A stretch of 63,010 nt of DNA, counting the filler, from Nemertoderma westbladi (Eukaryota > Animalia > Xenacoelomorpha), in the NCBI GenBank assembly GCA_032718475.1. It is 3 parts of 3 records of this genome, joined end to end, with 100 filler letters (N's around TTAATTAATTAA, not from the genome) between each part and the next. Parts side by side here need not be neighbours in the genome. Positions count along the whole stretch, not along the records: positions 29,406 to 39,888 come from JAUCBJ010004550.1; positions 39,989 to 63,010 come from JAUCBJ010001008.1; 1 more part is not named here. One strand, 5' to 3'. Positions 35,408 through 48,979 of this stretch are shown here, piece by piece (position 1 is the first letter of the stretch; every line of letters begins with the position of its first letter). Position numbers and translations under genes: made by a program. Below the pieces are notes generated by a model. That model was given only the letters and a program-made list of their open reading frames with translations. It did not search any database and was not told where the DNA came from.

Positions 35408-36858
35408 TTATTTACATTTGATATTTATACTTTTATTCTTATGAAATATTTGATCAAATAGAACATCGTCGATGTTACAATCAGTTAGATAGGCCACATA
35501 CCTCCGTCTATGATCGGCAATCTTGATCTTGATAATTGTTGGCCCATAGAGTTTAATGTAGTCCAGCCTAGACAACCATTTGTTAGTCAGTCCGCTATTC
35601 AAAGTCTATGGATCTTAAAAAACATATACCGGTATTTGCAAATATCTGTCGAAAATCCAAATTGTATAGTATGTATACCGGTACTGAATTACACAACTTT
35701 GTAAGTTGATGAATAAAAAATGAATAATTTTGTTATTTTTGATATTTAAATATTTCGTCCGGAATTCGAACAGGAAATTATTGTGCCGTTTAAACATTCC
35801 TATATTCGGCGTATAGCACTACAGACCTTCGGAGGACGTATATAATATATTTGAGAGTAGAGTTATGATAAATTAAACGGTTTTAATTAAACTATGAAAT
35901 GAATTCGTAATTTTTTCCGGCAAAATTACCGAAATATATTTTTATTGATCAACAGTATTTCCAATGCTGATCCAGTGGATTGGATGGATATATCGTCAGA
36001 AAACTTTAGAAAGTTTAACACAATACTGCAATACAAAGTAAAGGAAAGATCACCACACGCCGACGCGGTTTACAAACCAAAGCCACTGATTTATAATATA
36101 TAGACCTATACGGATATACGAATACGACCATTAATTACGATTTTTGAGTTAATCTAGACATCAATTGAATAGCGGATTGACCTTGATAACGACTCGTTGT
36201 TCTTAGTAATGATTCCGATGTCTTCAATTTTGACTGTCCTCCATGATTTCCCTAACATATTAAACGTGTTTAACCGCAAATAATTTCCTCCGCGAGTCAA
36301 AACTATAGACTGAATACAATGAGAAATACGAAGCTGAGCGTAAATGATCAGATATAATCCGAAAATACCAGATAGAGCGCTAAATGTTAGCTTTAGTTTG
36401 TAGGGTTTGTCGCCATTAACGATGTATTCGATAACAAAATATCCCACTGACATTAAAGTAACAAATCCTAGCGATAAATATAAGTAAAATACCGCGCGAT
36501 GAAATGACGGCGGGTCGAGATTGTGGTAAATAACTGTGTCTCTAGACACCCGATAACCTACTGATTCCGTAGTGTACCGGCACCGCTGACTCCCCAAACG
36601 AGTTTCTCTTTGGCGGATACGATTACTGCGTCCGGGAATTCCGATTGTATAATTACCAGGAATTCTTATGGAATATAAATTGTGTCCGTGTCCGCAGTAT
36701 CGATCCAACCTCGATATATTCTTTAGAGCAACGCGGTAATTAAACCGAATTAGTTTGTAACAGTTAGTATGTAGAAGTAGGTTGGGAATACGAATTGAAC
36801 TTCTGGCTGTTAGAATCATATCGAAACGAAACTGTGTTCGCTTCACCCATATTATCAT
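35408..36858 (-). CDS. TMEM223: TMEM223-like copy 2, interrupted by a 596-bp TIR insertion (candidate exons 36858 or 36819 to 36182, and 35567-35408)
   Basis: N-terminal ORF matches copy 1. The missing C-terminus (LDYIKLYGP...VLFDQIF) lies beyond the insertion, in a compatible frame. Confidence 0.62.
35586..36181. mobile_element. TIR-bounded insertion within TMEM223-like copy 2
   Basis: 17-bp inverted repeats GTCAGTCCGCTATTCAA (35586-35602) and TTGAATAGCGGATTGAC (36165-36181), one mismatch; no clear TSD. Confidence 0.72.
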
Positions 36859-37066
36859 ATCACAGTATCATCTATCAGATAGTGTCGCTTCCCAGCATCA
36901 ACAGGCTGAGTTGAACATAGAGCTGTTGAGTAACCTACTGCAGTACTGGAATAGGCAGAGCGAGAGCAGATAAGACACTGCTTAAACTTCCTTGTCCTGA
37001 ATAGGTGACATGTAGATAGATTTATAGACCTGATTCCATGTCCCTGTCCTGATCAATTATAAATCT

Positions 37067-37290
37067 GAGACAGGGGGGGGGGGGGGGGGGGGGACTCGAC
37101 GCAAAACCCGCCTTGGCGAATTAATATCCCGCCTCAATGTTAAATTATCAATTTAGGGAAAGGAGCAGGTTACAGTGGCACGTTATTTTAACCAAAACAA
37201 TAAACTAAATGCTGTTATTTGCGTCGAATTTCCCCTGGAGAGGGATGAATTTTTATTGCGTCCAGTTCCCCCCCCCCCACCCCCTATCTG
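37067..37290. mobile_element. Mutator-like MITE copy; a more degraded inverted copy follows at about 37456-37700
   Basis: Same termini and GGGAAAGGAGCAGGTTACAG core as 56490-56749. Confidence 0.78.
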
Positions 37291-39365
37291 ATAATCGCTA
37301 TATCAAATCAAAATTAATTTAATGAAATTACCTAGATTACAGTATACTACATATGCTCTCCTCGGGTCGGGCCTATTGCGTTAAGTGTCTCCCTTAGTGT
37401 AATTGTAATATTTTATATTGCTTAGCTTACCGGTAACGGGTATCAGAACTCAAAGATAGATGGAGGGGGGGGGGGGGGGGGGGGGGGGGTGGAGCTTTTG
37501 ATGTAATCTAAATTTATTATATCTTTCCAGGGGAAAATGGATGCAAATAACAGCTGTTTACTCTACAAATAAAACGGTAAGCTGTGCTATCGACTTTAGT
37601 TTATTGTTTTGGTTAGAATGACGTACCACTCTGTAACAGTAACCTGCTCCTTTCCCTTAGTTAATCATTTGACATTGAGACAAGATATTAATTCGCTGAA
37701 AGCCTCGGAATGGCTGAATGGATTCTATCATTCCAATCAATTTCATTAATTGATTGCAATTACACAAACTCTCACCAATATTACTTTTTACAAATTCCTT
37801 TTGTGGCAAAAACATTCAGAGAAACTGAAGAACAAAGAAACAATAATCACGTTTGAAATAATTGCTATAAATATAAGGTGAATGTTATTAATGTTAACGC
37901 TTAGACTCGTCCATCCTTTTAGTTGCTTTAATGTTTCACCCAGAACTTAGTTGTGGCATCAAATATTACTCAGCCTATGGCAACATTAACATATTTTCGA
38001 AATTTTCTCCTCGCGCTAACTTAACCACCACATTTATTCTCAAATCTGCAAATTATTTGCGTTTTCAAAATAACACACTCAGATTCTCGACAAGGGTTGC
38101 TCATATTGAGACCGGGGGTGGGTGGGGGTGTTCGCGCTTTCAGACCTTTGGCAGTTTAACCCGCCAAATTAGGATGTCTTTTAGATAATAAATCACTTTT
38201 AGCCTATGACAAGTATTTGATTCACTACACTAGTCGAAACCAATCTGTGCGCGATCATTCACCCGCTGGATATACCCGGGAGATTGGGTTCGACGGCTTA
38301 ATCTTATTGCTATGTAAGCCTAATGTATTATTCGACTGACAGTATTATATAATCTCTGACAATATTATTCACCTTCGGGGAATATTAACAGTTCCTTTAG
38401 GACGTGGCGCTCTATCTATATAAACAGAGTTATGACTTAAACTACTCACAACGATATGGCTTAGTTATAATTCACATATATGGCGCATTCTTTAGGAAAT
38501 GCTTCGTTATCAGGCTCACTCATACACAATGCTGCACAATACTGCACACTGATCTGCCGATCTTCACTGATTTTAGTTATATATAAAAGGAACACGGACC
38601 GACTCATGTAGGGTCTATCAAATAACATTAGATTCACTTCAAACCACTTTAACATAAGTCACAATCGTTATATGTAACCTTTCTCTCTTACCTTCGGTAT
38701 ATCAAGAATATTGGGTTTCGGGGTTATTTATCGTTATTCCAAATATAATAATTCATCAACCATATTATGAAGAACTGACAGTAAATAGCAGTATAACAAT
38801 AGAAAGACCAAACATCAGTTTGATAAATCAGTTTGGTTTGTTTTGTTATGATAACCAGTTTGATAACGGATATATGTCCTTATAATTAAGCCTACTAGTG
38901 TTAGACTAAAACAGAAAAGCACAAATATTTCCAAGCCGTTCTCTCCTGGCTCAGGACAGAAAGGCCAACAACACTGAAAACTGATAAGAATAACCTTATT
39001 TACAAAGGCTTCCACCCAACACAGAGAAAGAGCATACAGATAGGAAAATTCAGTTCAGTAGATCTGTGATAGGTCGAAATCAAAATCAACTCAAATCCTA
39101 TTGGCAGATACTTTCCCAAGCTGGTTGGACAATCAAACGTAGCCCAGATCCCTTCGCACAGCGAATCAGCCAATCAGCCGGTAGCTTGCGCTATTCGAGT
39201 TATAGATCCCTTTTTAGAGTATTCCAGCGCCTGGGGGGAACTGGTTAGCAAGGCAAACGAATCAGTTATCCCACAAAAGCTTTTACACCGCTCCCAGAAA
39301 ATGGGATTTAAGTCTATAAAATATACAAAATCACAATTTCTAATATACATAAATACTCTAAACAG

Positions 39366-40407
39366 TTAGTCTTTCTTGCGCGGACGGCGTTTACGCAGTT
39401 TTTTAAAGCTAGCAAGAGTCCTTTTCTCTTTGGGGCGAGCCACTTTACGAGGAGGGCTGTAGCTCCTAGGCGAAGGGTGCAATATAATTGCATCAGAAGG
39501 TGCAGGGTTACGATCGGTATACCCGCCGGTCGAAGTACCTGGTTGATTAATATCAACCTCAGTGGAGCGAGGTCTAACGGCCTTTAGAGCGCGTCTCAGG
39601 ACAGCAGCTCCTACGGGTCCTTGACGGGTCGTCTGGACACTAGCGGTGGGTGGACCGTGAGTGGTGAGGAACTTTCTCGGTTTAATGGTTCTCTCCAGCT
39701 CGCGTTCTCGGGTTCGATATTCATATGGTCGCCGAGATATTTCCTGTAGTTCAGGATGCGAGTTCACAAAGATGTCGCCATACTCAGGGTCCTGACGGAT
39801 AAAATTGATCAGGTGATATGTGGTTATATCATTAGGGTTAACGTTTCTAAGGTATTTCCTGACAAACTTGGTGGAAATACACTCACCANNNNNNNNNNNN
39901 NNNNNNNNNNNNNNNNNNNNNNNNNNNNNNNNTTAATTAATTAANNNNNNNNNNNNNNNNNNNNNNNNNNNNNNNNNNNNNNNNNNNNGTCTATCTCGGC
40001 CCCTTCCTTGGTCTCTTTAAGTAGTTTCCGGGTCGCGTTGTAGGCCCGTCGAAGTCGATCGCTGACCCCGACGTCCTCGTCGCCGACCTCTCCTCCATCT
40101 CTCCGGGTCCGGCGTCATACCGGCGGCCCCACCGTCGCCGTTCCGGTGGGCCGTCCATCACCCTCGGCCTGTGGCTGGCCAGCGACATCGACTCGTCTCT
40201 TTCTCCTCCCGACTCATCCTTCCTTTCTCTCAGCTCGACTCCCCCTTCTCTGTACTCAACCTCCGGTTCCAGACGGCCCCCCTCATCCTGAATTGCCGGA
40301 TCGCCCATTACCGATGGGTCCGGCGTCGTGGGCCTATATCGTCTGGTCGCAGCCTTGCGGATCGTTAGGTCTTCGTCCGGGGTCCACGTTGGCGTTATGT
40401 TGCTCAT
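39366..40407 (-). other. Unidentified basic, low-complexity ORF segments either side of a gap; possibly retroelement-derived
   Basis: ORF 39366-39888 is open into the gap and ends KKLRKRRPRKKD; ORF 39991-40407 is GC-rich and R/E/G-rich. No recognisable domain. Confidence 0.3.
39889..39988. other. Assembly gap with an artificial TTAATTAATTAA linker
   Basis: 100 positions of N with a central linker. Confidence 0.97.
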
Positions 40408-41344
40408 CTTTCCTCTTTAGATTGGTGGCTGGCAGGTTCTAATACTTAGGGCAGCAGTCTAGATTCTAATACTGTGACGGGATCCACGGAGGATCCCGGT
40501 TTATCCGGTTGTTCCAATTACGCGTCCCCGCGGGGTGAGTGAAAAGAGTATGGTTAAGAGTTCCAATATTGTTGACGCTGTAGCAGTATAAATATAATAG
40601 GATAAGCACAAACAGATATTACAGTATTGAAGTATAAATAAACTATAGGTGAATGATGGCAGCAGTGGACGGTATTAGAAGTCACCGCTCTGCCCTAGCT
40701 AACCGACTAACAGAATGAGATAACTAACTGAATGATAACATGACAACTGGTAATATATTGCACGGGTTAGCCGTTGTTACATTACTCAGCCGGTGCCTTC
40801 CCCCCATTGGATAATAACCCTGTTGTCGCCCTTGGAGTGTTTCCCCTCACTCCTGCTATTCTCTCTCTCTCAGGGGTGTAACCCCTGACCTCTATTGTGC
40901 GTTTCTCCTTCCCACTTTGTTGGGGTGACACGAGGTTGGGTAATCAACCTCGTGCTCCCAATATTGCTTAACGGCTCATTTTGTGGGGTGTTAGCGGAAT
41001 TGGATAAGCTAACATAAATAATAGAAAATAATAAAAAAATTAATATAATAATAAATATTAAATAAAATATTTATATAAATATAATAAAATATAATAATAT
41101 ATTTGGGTGAAAAGTTAATAATAATTATTAATAATACTGTAGTTCCGGAATAAATATCGTTTTTTAATATAAAATTATTTACTTCAACGTTTTTATTATT
41201 TATTTTACAGTTTGAATTCCCAATGAGTTGTAGAAGAGATACTGTACCTTGGCCTACAGTTCTATATAATTCATTAAACACAACTATATGTTACCAGTTT
41301 ATATGTTATATGGTTATGGGTTATATTAGGTTATTGGTTAATGT

Positions 41345-41513
41345 TTGGTTAACCCCTTCCATATATGGTTATTGGTTTATATTTGGTTAACCCCTTCCAT
41401 ATATGGTTATTGGTTTATGTTTAGTTTAACCCCTTACATATATGGTTATTGGTTTATGTTTAGTTTAACCCCTTCCATATATGGTTATTGGTTTATGTTT
41501 GGTTTAACCCCTT
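41345..41513. repeat. 39-bp tandem repeat, about 4 copies
   Basis: TTAACCCCTTCCATATATGGTTATTGGTTTATGTTTAGT repeated. Confidence 0.9.
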
Positions 41514-42692
41514 GGATACTGAAGAGAAAATAAAGGCCCCACCTAGATCACTGAATGTTTTCTTCTTTAATATAAATTCCCCATGGCAATTTTATGTAAT
41601 AACAGAGCACCTAAACTTATGAGAATATGCTACATTTATCGACCTAATCAACTTTTTTTAAAGAAATTCTATAAGATAAATGTTAAAGAACTGCCGAAAC
41701 CCTTTCGAATGAGCCTAAAAATCATTAGATTTGGTTGAAAAATGGCGGAGGAGTAGTTGTGTTTTAAAAATGATAAATGTCATTCTGAGATAATTGATTT
41801 TAAAGGTTGAACCTTCCCGCGCAAAAACTGTCTGCTAATATGCGAGAATGTCTGTCAATACTTTTCTAGCAACAAGAAAGAACATAACCAAGCTCATATT
41901 TTTGTCATGGGGATTTTCATGGTCGTTGATTTCATTTCTGAGGTCCTGTTTCACTTTGAATGAAATCTAGTTTGTCTGTATGTCTGTTTGGCGGTCTATC
42001 TGACTATCCGACAATATGTCCGTCAGATATAATAAAAGCGCACCCCTTCTATCAAAAAGTTTTGCTATAGGTCGTTTTGCTGGTCGCAGAATTAATTTCG
42101 AGTGTCAGTTTAACATTTGATGACTTTCAAATTTTCTGTTTGGCTGTCAGGCTATCGGTTATATTTTGAAGGACAGACTGACAGGCATATAGACAGAAAC
42201 GACGATGCAAAATTGAAATAATCAGAACTGAAGTCACCGACCTGACAAGCCGTATAGGGAATTTTTTAGGCAGTTTGTATGGTTTGGTTTTTATTGACGG
42301 ACAGACAAACTGAGAGACAGACCGACAATCAAACGGACAGACAACCATATATCGAGAATTAAAATAGATCTTGCTAAACGGTTTGAAAATTTGGAATCGT
42401 GATAAAAAAAATCTGCTGTAGATTAAATCGTAAAAAAAATTTGAAAAAATTTTTGACCCGCCCCCAAGGGCTTAATACGGAAAAATTTTAAAATATAAAC
42501 ATTCTTCATATGTAAAATGTCAATAAAATTTCGACCTAAAAGTGCAAACCTTATATTCTTCACATGGGCGTCAAGGACTGCCATATTTGGTGGACTATAA
42601 TAATTACAGCCTGAAATATTATATTTACCTCCAGAGAAGGTGTGATTCCTTGTGATTTCCTTAACCTTGGCAGTTTAATTAACCATTAATTA

Positions 42693-45600
42693 ATCTCACC
42701 AGACATGTACCTGGACAGAATCTATCTCAGACATAATCTATCTCACCAGAATGCACCTGAACAGAATCTATCTCACCAGAGAGTCATGCACCTGGACATA
42801 ATCTATCTCACCAGACATGTACCTGGACAGAATCTATCTCACCAAACATGCACCTGAACAGAATCTCTCTCACCAGACATGTACCTGGACAGAATCTATC
42901 TCACCAGATATGCACTTGGACAGAATCTATCTCACCAAACATGCACCTGAACAGAATCTATCTCACCAGACATGTACCTGGACAGAATCTATCTCACCAG
43001 ACATGCACCTGGACAGAATCTATCTCACCAGACGTGCACCTGAACAGAATATATCACACCAGACATGTACCTGGACAGAATCTATCTCACCAGACATGTA
43101 CCTGGACAGAATCTATCTCACCAGACATGCACCTGGACAGAATCTATCTCACCAGACGTGCACCTGAACAGAATATATCTCACCAAACATGTACCTGGAC
43201 AGAATCTATCTCACCAGACATGTACCTGGACAGAATCTATCTTACCAGGCATGTACCTGGACAGAATCTATCTCACCAGACTGACATGTACCTGGACAGT
43301 ATCTATCTCACCTGACATGTGCCTGGACAGAATCTATCTTACCAGACAGACATGCACCTGACAGTATCTATCTCACCAGACATGTACCTGGACAAAATCT
43401 ATGGCACCAGACATGTACCTGGACAGAATATATCTTACCAGACATGCACCTGGACAGAATCTATCTCACCAGACATGTACCTGGACAGAATCTATCTCAC
43501 CAGACATGCACCTGGACAGAATCGATCTTATCAGACGTGCACCTGAACAGAATATATCTCACCAGATATGCACCTGAACAGAATCTATCTCACCAGCAGA
43601 CATGTACCTGGACAGAATCTATCTCACCAAACATGCACCTGAACAGAATCTATCTCACCAGACATGTACCTAGACAGAATCTATCTCACCAGACATGCAC
43701 CTGGACAGAATCTATCTCACCAGACTTGCACCTGAACAGAATATATCTCACCAGACATGTACCTGGACAGAATCTATCTCTCCAGACCTGTACATGGACA
43801 GAATCTATCTCACCAAACATGCATCTGAACAGAATCTATCTCACCAGACATGTACCTGGACAGAATCTATCTCACCAGACATGCACATGGACAGAATCTA
43901 TCTCACCAGACGTGCCCCTGAACAGAATATATCTCACTAGACATGTACCTGGACAGTATCTATCTCACCAGACATGTACCTGGACAGAATCTATCTTACC
44001 AGGCATGTACCTGGACAGAATCGATCTCACCAGACAGACATGTACCTGGACAGAATCTATCTCACCAGACATGTGCCTGAACAGAATCTATCTCACCAGA
44101 CATGTACCTGGACAGAATCTATCTCACCAGACGTGCACCTAAACAGAATATATCTTACCAGACATGTACCTGGACAGAATCTATCTCACCAAACATGCAC
44201 CTGAACAGAATCTATCTCACCAGACATGTACCTGGACAGAATCTATCTCACCAGACATGCACATGGACAGAATCTATCTCACCAGACGTGCCCCTGAACA
44301 GAATCTATCTCACCAGACATGCACCTGGACAGAATCTATCTCACCAGACATGTACCTGGATAGAATCTATCTCACCAGACATGCACCTGAACAGAATCTA
44401 TCTCACCAGACAGACATGCACCTGGACAAAATCTATCTCACCAGACATGAACCTGGACAGAATATATCTCACCAGATATGCACCTGGACAGAATATATCT
44501 CACCAGACATGCACCTGGACAGATTATATATTACCAGACATGCACCTGGACAGAATCTATCTCACCAGACATGCACCTGGACATAATCTATCTCACCAGA
44601 CATGTACCTAGACAGAATATATCTCACCAGACATGTACCTAGACAGAATATATCTCACCAGACATGCACCTGGACAGAATCTATCTCACCAGACATGTAC
44701 CTGGACAGAATCTATCTCACCAGACTGACATGCACCTGGACAGAATCTATCTTACCAGACATGCACCTGGACAGAATCTATCTCACCAGACGGGCACCTG
44801 AACAGAATATATCTCACCAGACATGTACCTGGACAGAATCTATCTCACCAGACGTGCACCTGAACAGAATATATCTCACCAGACATGTACCTGGACATAA
44901 TCTATCTCACCAGACATGTGCCTGGACAGAATCTATCTCACCAGACAGACATGCACCTGGACAGAATCTATCTCACCAGACATGTACCTGGACAGAATCT
45001 ATCGCACCAGACATGTACCTGGACAGAATATATCTCACCAGACATGCACCTGGACAGAATCTATCTCACCAGACATGTACCTGGACAGAATCTATCTCAC
45101 CAGACATGCACCTGGACAGAATCTATCTCACCAGACGGGCACCTGAACAGAATATATCTCACCAGACATGTACCTGGACAGAATTTATCTCACCAGACAT
45201 GCACATGGACAGAATCTATCTCACCAGACGTGCCCCTGAACAGAATATATCTCACTAGACATGTACCTGGACAGTATCTATCTCACCAGACATGTACCTG
45301 GACAGAATCTATCTTACCAGGCATGTACCTGGACAGAATCGATCTCACCAGACAGACATGTACCTGGACAGAATCTATCTCACCAGACATGTGCCTGAAC
45401 AGAATCTATCTCACCAGACATGTACCTGGACAGAATCTATCTCACCAGACGTGCACCTAAACAGAATATATCTCACCAGACATGTACCTGGACAGAATCT
45501 ATCTCACCAAACATGCACCTGAACAGAATCTATCTCACCAGATATGTACCTGGACAGAATCTATCTCACCAGACATGCACATGGACAGAATCTATCTCAC

Positions 45601-48600
45601 CAGACGTGCCCCTGAACAGAATCTATCTCACCAGACATGCACCTGGACAGAATCTATCTCACCAGACATGTACCTGGATAGAATCTATCTCACCAGACAT
45701 GCACCTGAACAGAATCTATCTCACCAGACAGACATGCACCTGGACAAAATCTATCTCACCAGACATGCACCTGGACAGAATATATCTCACCAGATATGCA
45801 CCTGGACAGAATATATCTCACCAGACATGCACCTGGACAGATTATATATCACCAGACATGCACCTGGACAGAATCTATCTCACCAGACATGCACCTGGAC
45901 ATAATCTATCTCACCAGACATGTACCTAGACAGAATATATCTCACCAGACATGTACCTAAGCAGAATATATCTCACCAGACATGTACCTGGACAGAATCT
46001 ATCTCACCAGACTGACATGCACCTGGACAGAATCTATCTTACCAGACATGCACCTGGACAGAATCTATCTCACCAGACGTGCACCTGAACAGAATATATC
46101 TCACCAGACATGTACCTGGACAGAATCTATCTCACCAGACGTGCACCTGAACAGAATATATCTCACCAGACATGTACCTGGACATAATCCATCTCACCAG
46201 ACATGTGCCTGGACAGAATCTATCTCACCAGACAGACAATGCACCTGGACAGAATCTATCTCACCAGACATGTACCTGGACAGAATCTATCGCACCAGAC
46301 ATGTACCTGGACAGAATATATCTCACCAGACATGCACCTGGACAGAATCTATCTCACTAGACATGTACCTGGACAGAATCTATCTCACCAGACATGCACC
46401 TGGACAGAATCTATCTCACCAGACGTGCACCTGAACAGAATATATCTCACCAGACATGTACCTGGACAGAATATATCTCACCAGACATGCACCTGGACAG
46501 AATCTATCTCACCAGACTGACATGCACCTGGACAGAATCTATCTTACCAGACATGCACCTGGACAGAATCTATCTCACCAGACGGGCACCTGAACAGAAT
46601 ATATCTCACCAGACATGTACCTGGACAGAATCTATCTCACCAGACGTGCACCTGAACAGAATATATCTCACCAGACATGTACCTGGACATAATCTATCTC
46701 ACCAGACATGTGCCTGGACAGAATCTATCTCACCAGACAGACATGCACCTGGACAGAATCTATCTCACCAGACATGTACCTGGACAGAATCTATCTCACC
46801 AGACATGCACCTGGACAGAATCTATCTCACCAGACGGGCACCTGAACAGAATATATCTCACCAGACATGTACCTGGACAGAATTTATCTCACCAGACATG
46901 CACATGGACAGAATCTATCTCACCAGACGTGCCCCTGAACAGAATATATCTCACTAGACATGTACCTGGACAGTATCTATCTCACCAGACATGTACCTGG
47001 ACAGAATCTATCTTACCAGGCATGTACCTGGACAGAATCGATCTCACCAGACAGACATGTACCTGGACAGAATCTATCTCACCAGACATGTGCCTGAACA
47101 GAATCTATCTCACCAGACATGTACCTGGACAGAATCTATCTCACCAGACGTGCACCTAAACAGAATATATCTCACCAGACATGTACCTGGACAGAATCTA
47201 TCTCACCAAACATGCACCTGAACAGAATCTATCTCACCAGATATGTACCTGGACAGAATCTATCTCACCAGACATGCACATGGACAGAATCTATCTCACC
47301 AGACGTGCCCCTGAACAGAATCTATCTCACCAGACATGCACCTGGACAGAATCTATCTCACCAGACATGTACCTGGATAGAATCTATCTCACCAGACATG
47401 CACCTGAACAGAATCTATCTCACCAGACAGACATGCACCTGGACAAAATCTATCTCACCAGACATGCACCTGGACAGAATATATCTCACCAGATATGCAC
47501 CTGGACAGAATATATCTCACCAGACATGCACCTGGACAGATTATATATCACCAGACATGCACCTGGACAGAATCTATCTCACCAGACATGCACCTGGACA
47601 TAATCTATCTCACCAGACATGTACCTAGACAGAATATATCTCACCAGACATGTACCTAAACAGAATATATCTCACCAGACATGTACCTGGACAGAATCTA
47701 TCTCACCAGACTGACATGCACCTGGACAGAATCTATCTTACCAGACATGCACCTGGACAGAATCTATCTCACCAGACGTGCACCTGAACAGAATATATCT
47801 CACCAGACATGTACCTGGACAGAATCTATCTCACCAGACGTGCACCTGAACAGAATATATCTCACCAGACATGTACCTGGACATAATCTATCTCACCAGA
47901 CATGTGCCTGGACAGAATCTATCTCACCAGACAGACAATGCACCTGGACAGAATCTATCTCACCAGACATGTACCTGGACAGAATCTATCGCACCAGACA
48001 TGTACCTGGACAGAATATATCTCACCAGACATGCACCTGGACAGAATCTATCACACCAGACATGTACCTGGACAGAATCTATCTCACCAGACATGCACCT
48101 GGACAGAATCTATCTCACCAGACGTGCACCTGAACAGAATATATCTCACCAGACATGTACCTGGACAGAATATATCTCACCAGACATGCACCTGGACAGA
48201 ATCTATCTCACCATACATGCACCTGGACAGAATCTATCTCACCAGACGTGCACCTGAACAGAATATATCTCACCAGACCTGTACCTGGACAGAATCTATC
48301 TCACCAGACATGTACCTGGACAGAATATATATTTCACCAGACATGCACCTGGACAGAATCTATCTCACCAGACATGCACCTGGACAGAATCTATCTCACC
48401 ATACATGCACCTGGACAGAATCTATCTCACCAGACGTGCACCTGAACAGAATATATCTCACCAGACCTGTACCTGGACAGAATCTATCTCACCAGACATG
48501 TACCTGGACAGAATATATATTTCACCAGACATGCACCTGGACAGAATCTATCTCACCAGACGTGCACCTGAACAGAATATATCTCACCAGACATGTATCT

Positions 48601-48961
48601 GGACAGAATCTATCTCACCAGACATGCACCTGGACAGAATCTATCTCACCAGACGTGCACCTGAACAGAATCTATCTCACCAGACGTGCACCTGAACAGA
48701 ATATATCTCACCAGACATGTACCTGGACAGAATCTATCTCACCAGACATGTACCTGGACAGAATCTATCTCACCAGACATGCACCTGGACAGAATCTATC
48801 TCACCAGACGTGCACCTGAACAGAATATATCTCACCAGACATGTACCTGGACAGAATATATCTCACCAGACATGTACCTGGACAGAATATATCTCACCAG
48901 ACATGCACCTGGACAGAATATATCTCACCAGACGTGCACCTGGACAGAATCTATCTCACCA
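42693..48961. repeat. 31-bp satellite array, about 200 copies, with higher-order duplications
   Basis: Unit CATGTACCTGGACAGAATCTATCTCACCAGA; variant blocks recur at offsets of 1318 and 1699 bp. Confidence 0.98.
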
Positions 48962-48979
48962 ATTCCCATCGACTTTTAT

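Noticed and set aside
42693-48961. Dozens of overlapping ORFs (MHLDRIYLTRH...) and a CRISPR-like periodicity
   Set aside because: These are translations of a 31-bp head-to-tail satellite; there are no unique spacers and no cas genes.
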